Source: a virus
Lineage: Duplodnaviria > Caudoviricetes
IMG/VR virus record: IMGVR_UViG_3300021197_001026
Location: 1,048-65,047 of that record
DNA: 64,000 nt
Reading direction: 5' to 3' (one strand)
Within the stretch, counting starts at the first letter, position 1; the number at the start of each line of letters is the position of its first letter. Below are positions 1 to 7,426 of this stretch, piece by piece. The notes under the pieces were generated by a model that was given only the letters and a program-made list of their open reading frames with translations, made no database searches and was not told the DNA's origin. The position numbers were made by a program, and so were the translations under genes.

Positions 1-524
1 AGATCGGGTTCACCCTTCAAGAAGGTATATGCCTCAACAAGGCTACCGTATAAAAGCGCATTCTCTGCGTTATCGCCCAGCCAGCTTGTGCCGTCAGAAG
101 ACACGGTGATTGATTGCGGCCTGTAAAAATAATGAAGCTCTACTGTTAAGTTACCGTTTGGGGTTGGCCCAACAATGAAAGTTGTGTCATCAAAGATCGC
201 GTAATACTTGGGTATCCCCGTGGTAGATGCTGTTGGATACGCTTGCCGTATGAAGTTCACATCCTTAAACAACAAGTACTCGTAACCACTGTTATCTACA
301 GCCAACGAGTAAGGCGACAAAAAGTCAGAAGGAGTTTCTAGATAGGTGTTTGATTGTGTCAGTGTACCCGTGACATTCTTCCTGAAATTAGGCAACTGAA
401 CAGATTTAAGAATCCGCTCCTCTGCTTGAGTAATTATCGTAGGAAGATTGGTAACAAGCGTTGTCTCGTTTGTCTCAAGGTAATCTTGTATCGCTGTCTT
501 CAGGGTTGTGAACGTCCACGCCAT
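1..524 (-). CDS. Virion head-tail adaptor/tail-tube-like protein, module A (3' end runs off window)
   Basis: Not in ORF track. Manual translation from ATG 524 gives MAWTFTTLKTAIQDYLE...AEERILKSVQLPNFRKNVTG...YYAIFDD, a clear homolog of 52825-53460. Confidence 0.75.
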   Translation of the reverse strand, partial: MAWTFTTLKTAIQDYLETNETTLVTNLPTIITQAEERILKSVQLPNFRKNVTGTLTQSNTYLETPSDFLSPYSLAVDNSGYEYLLFKDVNFIRQAYPTASTTGIPKYYAIFDDTTFIVGPTPNGNLTVELHYFYRPQSITVSSDGTSWLGDNAENALLYGSLVEAYTFLKGEPD

Positions 525-841
525 TAGCTTGTCACCACTGTAACGATACCGACGTGACCTGAACAATCTAAGCCAACTTGACCCACTGGATTGAAAGAAG
601 CCAGTATTCGGCTTTCATCTAACCCTCTGTCAGGTCTTGGATTTCTCAGTGCTCTAGGGTCATCAACCCGCACCTTACCTAACTGCAACTGTGGCTGATC
701 TGGATCAACAACATCCTTGCCTACCAAAAATCCTGTAGGTCGCTGGTTAACAATCTCAGGCACCAAGTCCTTGAGCGGATACCTGAACCCAGTCATGTCG
801 CAGTAACCGAAAGCGTACTTACCTCTAGTGTATGAACTCAA
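524..841 (-). CDS. Conserved late-region phage protein (homolog of 53457-53759)
   Basis: GKYAFGYCDMTGFRY...QPQL...DDPRALRNPRPDR aligns with the module B copy. The start is probably TTG 841, overlapping the upstream TGA. Confidence 0.75.
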   Translation of the reverse strand: MSSYTRGKYAFGYCDMTGFRYPLKDLVPEIVNQRPTGFLVGKDVVDPDQPQLQLGKVRVDDPRALRNPRPDRGLDESRILASFNPVGQVGLDCSGHVGIVTVVTS

Positions 842-1530
842 AACGAATACCCCCCAGGAGAAACGTACAATGACGCTTTGTTGCGATCCGAGTCTGAGGC
901 AAGCGTCCATTGCTCTTCGTAGTCAGCCTTTAGGGCTTGCGCTCTAGCACCCGCTGATGGGTACTTCATGCTTAACTGATAAGCTAAACCACTAACTAAG
1001 CAAGGCAAGAATCGAGCAGGAACATCTATGTTGTTCGCCGCTGAGTTGCCAGCATCCTCCACACGCTCCATGTAGTAATAACCAAACTGATAGGTCTCTT
1101 GGTCATCAGGTGTGGGCCACACATTGATTGTGATTGCGTCAGCGTTACGCTCGACGTAATACTGCAACGGCTTGCTTTGCGTGAGCTTGTTTGAAAGATT
1201 CGAGTACTGGCTTACAGAGATTCGAGTCATCGACTGGTCAAACTGCTGATTGACCTCACCTGCACTTGTCCTGACAAAAGCTTCGATAATGTCTAGAATC
1301 TTGCCATCTAGCGTGTACTGATTCGTTCCAGCGGTAAGTGCTTGTGTAGCAAAGTCTACAGACCAAAGGTTCAAGCCTCTGTTCTGCCACTCCAGCATCA
1401 TTAGGTTGAGGCTGCGTCTAGCGGTCTTATAGTCATACCCACTGCGAAGCTCTAAACCCGCCCGTTCAAATGCCTCTTCCAGTGAATCGGCAAGATCTAG
1501 GTTGAATGTAAACGTGCCGCTGGTAGCCAT
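838..1530 (-). CDS. Head-tail adaptor/connector protein, module A
   Basis: EEAFERAGLELRSGYDYKTARRSLNL...WQNRGLNLW. Lies downstream of MCP; homolog of 53762-54646. Function inferred from position. Confidence 0.65.
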   Translation of the reverse strand: MATSGTFTFNLDLADSLEEAFERAGLELRSGYDYKTARRSLNLMMLEWQNRGLNLWSVDFATQALTAGTNQYTLDGKILDIIEAFVRTSAGEVNQQFDQSMTRISVSQYSNLSNKLTQSKPLQYYVERNADAITINVWPTPDDQETYQFGYYYMERVEDAGNSAANNIDVPARFLPCLVSGLAYQLSMKYPSAGARAQALKADYEEQWTLASDSDRNKASLYVSPGGYSF

Positions 1531-1812
1531 CTAGATCATTCTTCCGCGAGTCTTACCCTTGATAGCTATCCCATCAATAGGCTTTGTTCTTGTCTTACCT
1601 CCGGCGCTCATGGAGGTAGAGCCAGCCGTAATTTTTTCCATGCGCTCCTTTTCAGCAGCTTCAGCGGCCTCCCTCTCTAGTCGCCGATCTTTCTTTTTAT
1701 CGCGCTGACGCTTCAGGTAACCACCCAGAGGGCTGATAGCAGCTAATGGCTCTTGAGCTATTAAACCACCCAAACCACCACCAAGTATTTGCCCTATCTC
1801 TTTCTTACCCAT
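1531..1812 (-). CDS. Small late protein with MSAGGK...GKTRGR C-terminus
   Basis: ORF tightly packed in the late operon. Confidence 0.65.
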   Translation of the reverse strand: MGKKEIGQILGGGLGGLIAQEPLAAISPLGGYLKRQRDKKKDRRLEREAAEAAEKERMEKITAGSTSMSAGGKTRTKPIDGIAIKGKTRGRMI

Positions 1813-1910
1813 TACGGCCTCCTAGCCTTTTGCTTCTTCTTAGAAACGCGCTTCTTCTTTGCTGGCGCATTCTTAATCTGTTTACCCATTTGCGCCCGAC
1901 TAATTGCCAT
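1812..1910 (-). CDS. 32-aa basic peptide MAISRAQMGKQIKNAPAKKKRVSKKKQKARRP
   Basis: Manual translation. It fills the gap exactly, with start and stop codons overlapping both neighbours. Confidence 0.7.
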   Translation of the reverse strand: MAISRAQMGKQIKNAPAKKKRVSKKKQKARRP

Positions 1911-2242
1911 CAGTCTCGACCAAACTTTTGTTTCTGTGACTTAGGTGGACTCTTAGTGCTACCACCCTTGCCAGACCAAAACACCTTATTCGCCCAGTAT
2001 GCGGCTGATGTCTTGCCCTTTTTGATATTCTTGCCGTGACGGGCTTTGAAGCTTTTACGCGCTTCTGCTGAATAATTATGCCCCATCTTCTGATCACCAA
2101 ACCGAATGATCTTCATCTTTTCGCCATCCCTAACAGCAACAACCGCCTTCTTAGACGGATGCTTTGGGGTGCGCTTTGGTTTGTTCAGTCCACTAAGACC
2201 AACCTTTTTTAGCCGGTTCTTCTCTGCATCGGTCAAACTCAT
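1910..2242 (-). CDS. Small Lys-rich protein (RFGD...F.ARH...A.YW), homolog of 56141-56425
   Basis: Conserved between modules A and B; ATGA overlap with the upstream gene. Confidence 0.75.
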   Translation of the reverse strand: MSLTDAEKNRLKKVGLSGLNKPKRTPKHPSKKAVVAVRDGEKMKIIRFGDQKMGHNYSAEARKSFKARHGKNIKKGKTSAAYWANKVFWSGKGGSTKSPPKSQKQKFGRD

Positions 2243-2493
2243 TTGCGATGCCTCGCTGTTTTCTTAGCTATCTTCTTGGGCTGCTTTGAGTGCTGCTTTC
2301 CCTTCTTGGTGTCTTCTCGTTTCTTCTTGGAAGTGGCAGCGTACTCCTTGTCTGATAGAGCCTTTCTAGCCTTCTTCGGGAGATACCTTTCACCTGTCGC
2401 CTTCTTGCCTTGGGTAGAGGGTTTACCAGACTTGGTTCCCCACTCCTGCTTTGTCCACTTCTTCAAGGACTTCTGGGACTTCTTGAGAGGCAT
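2239..2493 (-). CDS. Small Lys-rich protein
   Basis: LKKWTKQEW...RYLPKKAR resembles LKKWLKQNW...RCLPESKAR of 55594-55920. Confidence 0.7.
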   Translation of the reverse strand: MPLKKSQKSLKKWTKQEWGTKSGKPSTQGKKATGERYLPKKARKALSDKEYAATSKKKREDTKKGKQHSKQPKKIAKKTARHRK

Positions 2494-2684
2494 TAGTCTT
2501 TGTAGCCCCCGCCAGATTCCTTATAACGCTTAGCCAGCATCTGCGCTTTACGCGCAGACCACTGACCAGGCTTGCCGCCTTTACCACTAGCTTTGATTGA
2601 GTTGAACAGCCTCTTACGCAAAGCTGGCTTCGTGTAGTTGCCAGCTTCGTTTACTCGAGACTTGCTTTTCTTTTTCTCAGCCAT
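2493..2684 (-). CDS. Small basic protein (MAEKKKSKSRVNEAGNYTKP...WSARKAQ)
   Basis: ORF track entry trimmed to ATG 2684, just after the upstream stop. Confidence 0.7.
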   Translation of the reverse strand: MAEKKKSKSRVNEAGNYTKPALRKRLFNSIKASGKGGKPGQWSARKAQMLAKRYKESGGGYKD

Positions 2685-2685
2685 C

Positions 2686-3090
2686 TTAGAAGTGCTTACG
2701 CACCTGCATGATGATGCTATACACATCACCACTAGAGTGCCCTACAGTGGTAAACAATACGTCGCCGTTGACGCCAGAGCCTGCGTTGTTGGGTATGCCT
2801 GTAAAATCAGACAGATCCAACGTGTCAGCCCAGTCGGCGTTTAACTGCCAAGCAAGCACGTTAGTAGATGCATTAAAGAAGATCTTCACACCCATACCAA
2901 TGGTCGAGTAATAGATCTTCTGAATGCTTACCTTCGTACAAGCAGCGCCTGTCACAGGATCAGAGGCAAGCGCAGATACGTCAATTTTAGTAACTGCACT
3001 CTCGCCACTTCCATCGCTCACATTAGTGAATCGAAAGATAGCTGTGTTGCCATCGTCCTGTATGGTTTGAGTTGCTACTGCATCAGCCAT
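2686..3090 (-). CDS. Putative virion structural protein
   Basis: Beta-rich 134-aa ORF with GGAG RBS, in the cluster following MCP. Confidence 0.65.
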   Translation of the reverse strand: MADAVATQTIQDDGNTAIFRFTNVSDGSGESAVTKIDVSALASDPVTGAACTKVSIQKIYYSTIGMGVKIFFNASTNVLAWQLNADWADTLDLSDFTGIPNNAGSGVNGDVLFTTVGHSSGDVYSIIMQVRKHF

Positions 3091-3102
3091 ATCAAGCTCC
3101 TG

Positions 3103-3612
3103 TTACTGATCGGCAAATGCAGGCGCGGTTGTGCTCGTAACATTTCCGAAGATTTGATAGTTGGTAGTGTTCAAACCAACGATGGTTACATCAAATCCGG
3201 CAGGCACATTCAACTGTATGCTGCTGTTAGAGTTGCCATCAGAGAATACTGAACTCACCTCGTTACCATCCGTATCTAAGAAAGTAACACCGCCAATATA
3301 AAAGTTAGTGTTTCCTGGGGTGACGATGATTGCGTCAGTCGCATCAGCAGCGCCGCCAGCGTAAACAAAACGGAACACAGAACCGGCGATTGGCGCAGGT
3401 AAGGTGTAAGTGTTGTCTTGACCGCCATCTGGGACAAGTATGGTTCTGCCGCTATGCGTGGCATTAGTAATCGTAATATTGCCGTCAGCTAGGCTTACAG
3501 GGCCGTCACCAATAGTTGCAACCTCAGTAATCGCACCAGAGGTGCTGTCTTTGCTTACGGTTTTGAAGGTGCTTTCAGAGCGAACCGCACCAGTGAAAGT
3601 TGTAGTACCCAT
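3103..3612 (-). CDS. Putative capsid decoration/head fibre protein
   Basis: N-terminus MGTTTFTGAVRSE shared with 57073-57621; lies directly after MCP. Confidence 0.6.
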   Translation of the reverse strand: MGTTTFTGAVRSESTFKTVSKDSTSGAITEVATIGDGPVSLADGNITITNATHSGRTILVPDGGQDNTYTLPAPIAGSVFRFVYAGGAADATDAIIVTPGNTNFYIGGVTFLDTDGNEVSSVFSDGNSNSSIQLNVPAGFDVTIVGLNTTNYQIFGNVTSTTAPAFADQ

Positions 3613-3640
3613 TGTAGTCTCCTGTCTGGGTTAGTCCTTA

Positions 3641-3656
3641 TGTTCCACGTGGAACA
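3641..3656. promoter_or_regulatory. parS: parS-type palindrome TGTTCCACGTGGAACA
   Basis: Perfect intergenic 16-bp palindrome matching the bacterial chromosomal parS consensus TGTTNCACGTGNAACA. Confidence 0.7.
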
Positions 3657-3666
3657 ATCGGTCAGG

Positions 3667-3694
3667 AAAAAAGGTGGCCCCATAAGGAGCCACC
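3667..3694 (-). terminator. Intrinsic terminator after MCP-A
   Basis: GGTGGCTCC-TTAT-GGGGCCACC followed by T6 on the minus strand. Confidence 0.8.
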
Positions 3695-3705
3695 AATCCT
3701 TGACT

Positions 3706-4614
3706 CTAGCTAGAGCCTGGCGATCCGTAAATACCCAATGGGTCAGATACACCAAATGAGTAACGCTCACGCGCTTTATAGCGCACGTTACCTGTGTCGA
3801 AGTCACCGTCCATAGACGTTTCAAGCGGAGTACGCTCGAACATCTTCATACCATTCGGTACATCGGTGATCAAGAAGAAAGCATTGCTGTCAGTCAGGTA
3901 ATGATTGACGGCGTAACCTTCTGGGATCGCACCCATGTTACGGATGGCATTGATGTCGTTGTCAGCAGTGCCAACACGCTGAGTGGTTTCGAGCAGACGA
4001 TCTGCTGTAAACATCAAAGCGGGTGGTACGATCAAACGACGAGGACGTGCTGCAATCAGTAGACCTCGCTCATCAGTGAAAGCAGCGATCTCAATGATTG
4101 CATTTTCCAAAGATGTTTCGTTCAAGTCAGCGCCAGTAGATGGACGGTTGGCATTGGTGCCACCATTCACTAATGGATGCGAAGCGTTGAACAGGGTAAC
4201 ACCGTCTCCAGACTGGAAGCTGGTGAAGCCATTGTTCAGCGAGTTAGCTGCTTTGACTTGCTTCGTGTACGCCATAGCGCGAGAAAGCGCCTTGGTGTAA
4301 CGAGCCGAAAGAGAATCGTACAAATTGTCTTCCATCGCTTCCTCGGTGATCGCAAAGCCCATCGAAATGGTTTCGTGATTGTACCGAGCGGTGAAAGACT
4401 CTTGCGCTGAGTCATAGCTCGTTGCTGCACCTTCTGCCTTAACAGGAGCCGCTGCAAAGCCTGACAGCTTTACCTCTTCCTCGAATGAACGATCAGAGCT
4501 TTCTGTCTCATAAATGAGAGTGTGCTCGTCTTCGTATTTTTCGTACTCCAAACCAAACAGGGCGTTAAGCCCAGGCAGGAGTTCTTTAAGCATTTGCGCT
4601 CTTGAAATTGCCAT
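3706..4614 (-). CDS. Major capsid protein, module A
   Basis: 302 aa, MAISRAQMLKELLPGLNALFGLEY...GDFDTGNVRYKARERYSFG. Follows the scaffold gene and precedes a terminator. Confidence 0.9.
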   Translation of the reverse strand: MAISRAQMLKELLPGLNALFGLEYEKYEDEHTLIYETESSDRSFEEEVKLSGFAAAPVKAEGAATSYDSAQESFTARYNHETISMGFAITEEAMEDNLYDSLSARYTKALSRAMAYTKQVKAANSLNNGFTSFQSGDGVTLFNASHPLVNGGTNANRPSTGADLNETSLENAIIEIAAFTDERGLLIAARPRRLIVPPALMFTADRLLETTQRVGTADNDINAIRNMGAIPEGYAVNHYLTDSNAFFLITDVPNGMKMFERTPLETSMDGDFDTGNVRYKARERYSFGVSDPLGIYGSPGSS

Positions 4615-4627
4615 TGCCTAATTCTCC

Positions 4628-5215
4628 TTATACGCCGAGCTTGGTTTCGTAAGCGTGGCTCAAGGGCAGATAGGTAACGATGCAATCTGTGAATGCATCA
4701 CCTACGGTGCTTGATGGGCCATCTACGAAATCAACGACACGCAGTGGTAGTGTATTAGTCGTAGCGATAGAGCCGCCGTCTAGGGCGTTCTTGCTTCGAC
4801 CGATTGAGGTTGATCCAGCAGTGCTAACCGCTGAGATGTTGTTTCCAAGGCCGGTCTGAGCAATAGCCTCATCACCTTGCATACGGAACAACAACTTAGG
4901 ATCGTCAACAACGTAAGCAACGATATCGTCAGCAGCCGTAGATGCTGGGAATTGTTGGTTAAACGTCTTTTGGTTTGTTGATGGGTCTGTGTAAGCGCAG
5001 CCTACAAAGATACCAACAGTGCCAGCAGCAACAGAAGTTGTTACAGCGGCTTTTTCAACGGTGCCAGCAGCAACCAGCTTTACGAAATCACCATAAAAAA
5101 TAGCGGTAGCGTAAGCATTAGCGATCTTAATGTGACGAACTTTTCCCGTGAACGAGCCGCTCGCACTTAAAGTATCAACTGGTTCGGCACCCATAGGGGT
5201 AGCAACAGTAGCCAT
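4628..5215 (-). CDS. Putative capsid cement/stabilisation protein, module A
   Basis: Immediately upstream of MCP; homolog of 58661-59311. Confidence 0.6.
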   Translation of the reverse strand: MATVATPMGAEPVDTLSASGSFTGKVRHIKIANAYATAIFYGDFVKLVAAGTVEKAAVTTSVAAGTVGIFVGCAYTDPSTNQKTFNQQFPASTAADDIVAYVVDDPKLLFRMQGDEAIAQTGLGNNISAVSTAGSTSIGRSKNALDGGSIATTNTLPLRVVDFVDGPSSTVGDAFTDCIVTYLPLSHAYETKLGV

Positions 5216-5255
5216 AATGGCCTCCTAGTTAATAATAACTAACCCCTGCTAAGAG

Positions 5256-5708
5256 TTAGTTTCTTCCAAAAGTAGTCCTAGTGCTACGCTCTGGATTGAG
5301 CATAGGCATTCTAGGGTCGCTTTCTCTTAGGTAGTTGTTATCAACCGATGACATTTGGTTTTCCGCTATGTTCTGGAAATGTTGCGTTCTAGCAGCCATC
5401 GTTTCCTCTGGTGCTTTGCACAACAACAATCCACCAACCTCAATGTTGCCTTCAAACTGAGATCCGATATCGGAAGCCAGCATTAGTTCAGGATGGTCTT
5501 CAGCCTTTACGGGCGACCAACCTTCTCTGAACATTTTAGAAACATGGGTGTTGTCGGATTGACCAAGAAGCGATGTCTTAACCCACCGAAACACATAACC
5601 ATCTTGTGGCTCTGGGTCAGGCAGGATCGAGGCAGGCTTCCATGTGTCAGTCGGTCTTTCATCTACTTTACGAGAAGTTGATTTTCTTGGTGTGCGCTCT
5701 TCAGACAT
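5256..5708 (-). CDS. Conserved head-module protein
   Basis: W.P.S.L..P.P.DGY.FRW...REGW...VGGLLL; homolog of 59329-59814. Confidence 0.7.
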   Translation of the reverse strand: MSEERTPRKSTSRKVDERPTDTWKPASILPDPEPQDGYVFRWVKTSLLGQSDNTHVSKMFREGWSPVKAEDHPELMLASDIGSQFEGNIEVGGLLLCKAPEETMAARTQHFQNIAENQMSSVDNNYLRESDPRMPMLNPERSTRTTFGRN

Positions 5709-6751
5709 TACGAGGTCTCCTTTGCGAGTTGCCTCGCGTACTGTTCAGGGGTTAAACCCAACCTCTTAGCGAGAGAAAGCTGGGTGGACGTTAGCCGTAT
5801 TTTGCGCGGTTTAGCACCGTTGCTCCTTGCGGAGGGTGCCACCACCGTCGAGGGTTGATTAGCAGTCACGGATGCGTCACGCCCATATGTGTCGCCATTA
5901 TCCTGCCAATCATAGTCTGGGAAAGCTTGTCTCAGACGAGAATCAATCTGTCGGAAATACTCTTGGCTGTTAGGCTGGATGCCTCGCTTTATCAAAGCGG
6001 CATGTGTGCCATAAGCAAGGCTTGTCATTTCTTCAAAGCCATCCTGCATGAACCAAGAGTTCTTTTGCGCCCAACTTGCAGCTTCAGGATCTACCTGTGG
6101 CGGCTGTTGTTGAGCAACATTCTGTACAGCCTGTTCAGCAACTTGCTGCTGATACGACTGTTGTTCGTACTGCTCTCGTTGAGCTTGTTGAGATGCGACG
6201 TTTGTTTCGTATCTCTCGGCCTCATGTAGCTCTGCTTGCGCTCTTGTGAGGGTTTCTTGTGCAGATACTAGGTTATCAGTATCGCCCTCCTCATACGCCT
6301 TCTTGTAGCTATCACGGGCTTGTTGCAAAGAGAGTTCTGCGCGTTGCTTGATCTGAGCGACTAACGCTCCCTCACCACGATTGATCAGAGATTCCATCTC
6401 TTTATTCTTCGAGGCAAGCTGTTGAGCAACCCGCACAGCTTCTTCACGCATCTTTTCAGCGGCTTCGCGTTGTCGCCGCTCTTCGTGTTGTTCATAACGA
6501 AGCTTGTTGATTCGCTTTTGAACCTTTTCGCTGTAACCTTCTAGCTCATCATCGTCTTCATCATCAGATAACGCCTCAGACTTTGGAGGCCGACGATCTT
6601 CTGCGCTACGGTCATCAACGATTTCCAGTTCTATATCAGAGTCTGGTGACACTTCATCTCGGCTTTTACCGATCTGTGTACGGACGCCAAAGAACTTTTC
6701 CTCTGCGGAAGTTGCTTCAGGAGCTTCCGGCTCCATTTGTGCTTCACTCAT
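5708..6751 (-). CDS. Capsid scaffolding protein, module A
   Basis: Acidic coiled coil (YSEKVQKRINKL) with C-terminal LAKRLGLTPEQYA; homolog of 59811-60743. Confidence 0.7.
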   Translation of the reverse strand: MSEAQMEPEAPEATSAEEKFFGVRTQIGKSRDEVSPDSDIELEIVDDRSAEDRRPPKSEALSDDEDDDELEGYSEKVQKRINKLRYEQHEERRQREAAEKMREEAVRVAQQLASKNKEMESLINRGEGALVAQIKQRAELSLQQARDSYKKAYEEGDTDNLVSAQETLTRAQAELHEAERYETNVASQQAQREQYEQQSYQQQVAEQAVQNVAQQQPPQVDPEAASWAQKNSWFMQDGFEEMTSLAYGTHAALIKRGIQPNSQEYFRQIDSRLRQAFPDYDWQDNGDTYGRDASVTANQPSTVVAPSARSNGAKPRKIRLTSTQLSLAKRLGLTPEQYARQLAKETS

Positions 6752-7182
6752 ACCTTAATAATCCCCCTTGGATCTTCTACAGTGGCTTCAACAGAATCAT
6801 CGTTGATCAACCGAAACTCCTTACCATGCACCTTGAATCGGGTGCCTGAATAAGAACGCATAAGAATCCAGTCGCCTTCCTTACACAAAGCGCCGGAGGG
6901 GAATCGCTTAGGGTCATTATAAGCATCTGCTCCGAGCTTCAGAACCATGCCGACAATAGACCCTACCTCTTCGTCTTGCAGAGTTTTGGCAGCTTTTAAG
7001 ATGCCTCCCTCAGTCATTTCATCAGGCTCAGGTAGAGCGATTAACAGCTTATAACCTTTCGGTTCCGGCAACTGCTGCGCCGAGCGAGGCTCTTTGTCCT
7101 CGGTTACTGGATCTGGAGAAATCGATACCGATCCCACCTCACCTTGTGCTAATGCTTCAGACATTAGTATTACCTTCTGCAC
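6748..7182 (-). CDS. GroES-like co-chaperonin
   Basis: P.GYKLLI...TEGGIL...G.VLKLG.DAY...GDW...YSG...RLINDD, a Cpn10 pattern. Confidence 0.8.
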   Translation of the reverse strand: MQKVILMSEALAQGEVGSVSISPDPVTEDKEPRSAQQLPEPKGYKLLIALPEPDEMTEGGILKAAKTLQDEEVGSIVGMVLKLGADAYNDPKRFPSGALCKEGDWILMRSYSGTRFKVHGKEFRLINDDSVEATVEDPRGIIKV

Positions 7183-7225
7183 TGGAAAAAAGCGTCCAGA
7201 GTCGCTTGCACCGCTTCATGCGGCG

Positions 7226-7426
7226 TTATTCAGACTCGAATCTTGACTTCAAGTCTAAAATTTCTCGCTCAGCTAGGGCCAAACCTTCAATGATTCCGCA
7301 TACCTTTGCGTACTCGTTGAAGTCTTTGCATGCCCCGCCGCTTACATGATCTGCATACTCGTTCATTTGAACCCGTAAATGATCCCTCATGTAATCAAAC
7401 ACATTCTGAGAAGCGTTATTCATCAA
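7226..7426 (-). CDS. Small conserved protein after portal
   Basis: GACKDFNEY...G.I aligns with GGIKDMEHY...GEI of 61185-61382. Confidence 0.65.
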   Translation of the reverse strand: MMNNASQNVFDYMRDHLRVQMNEYADHVSGGACKDFNEYAKVCGIIEGLALAEREILDLKSRFESE

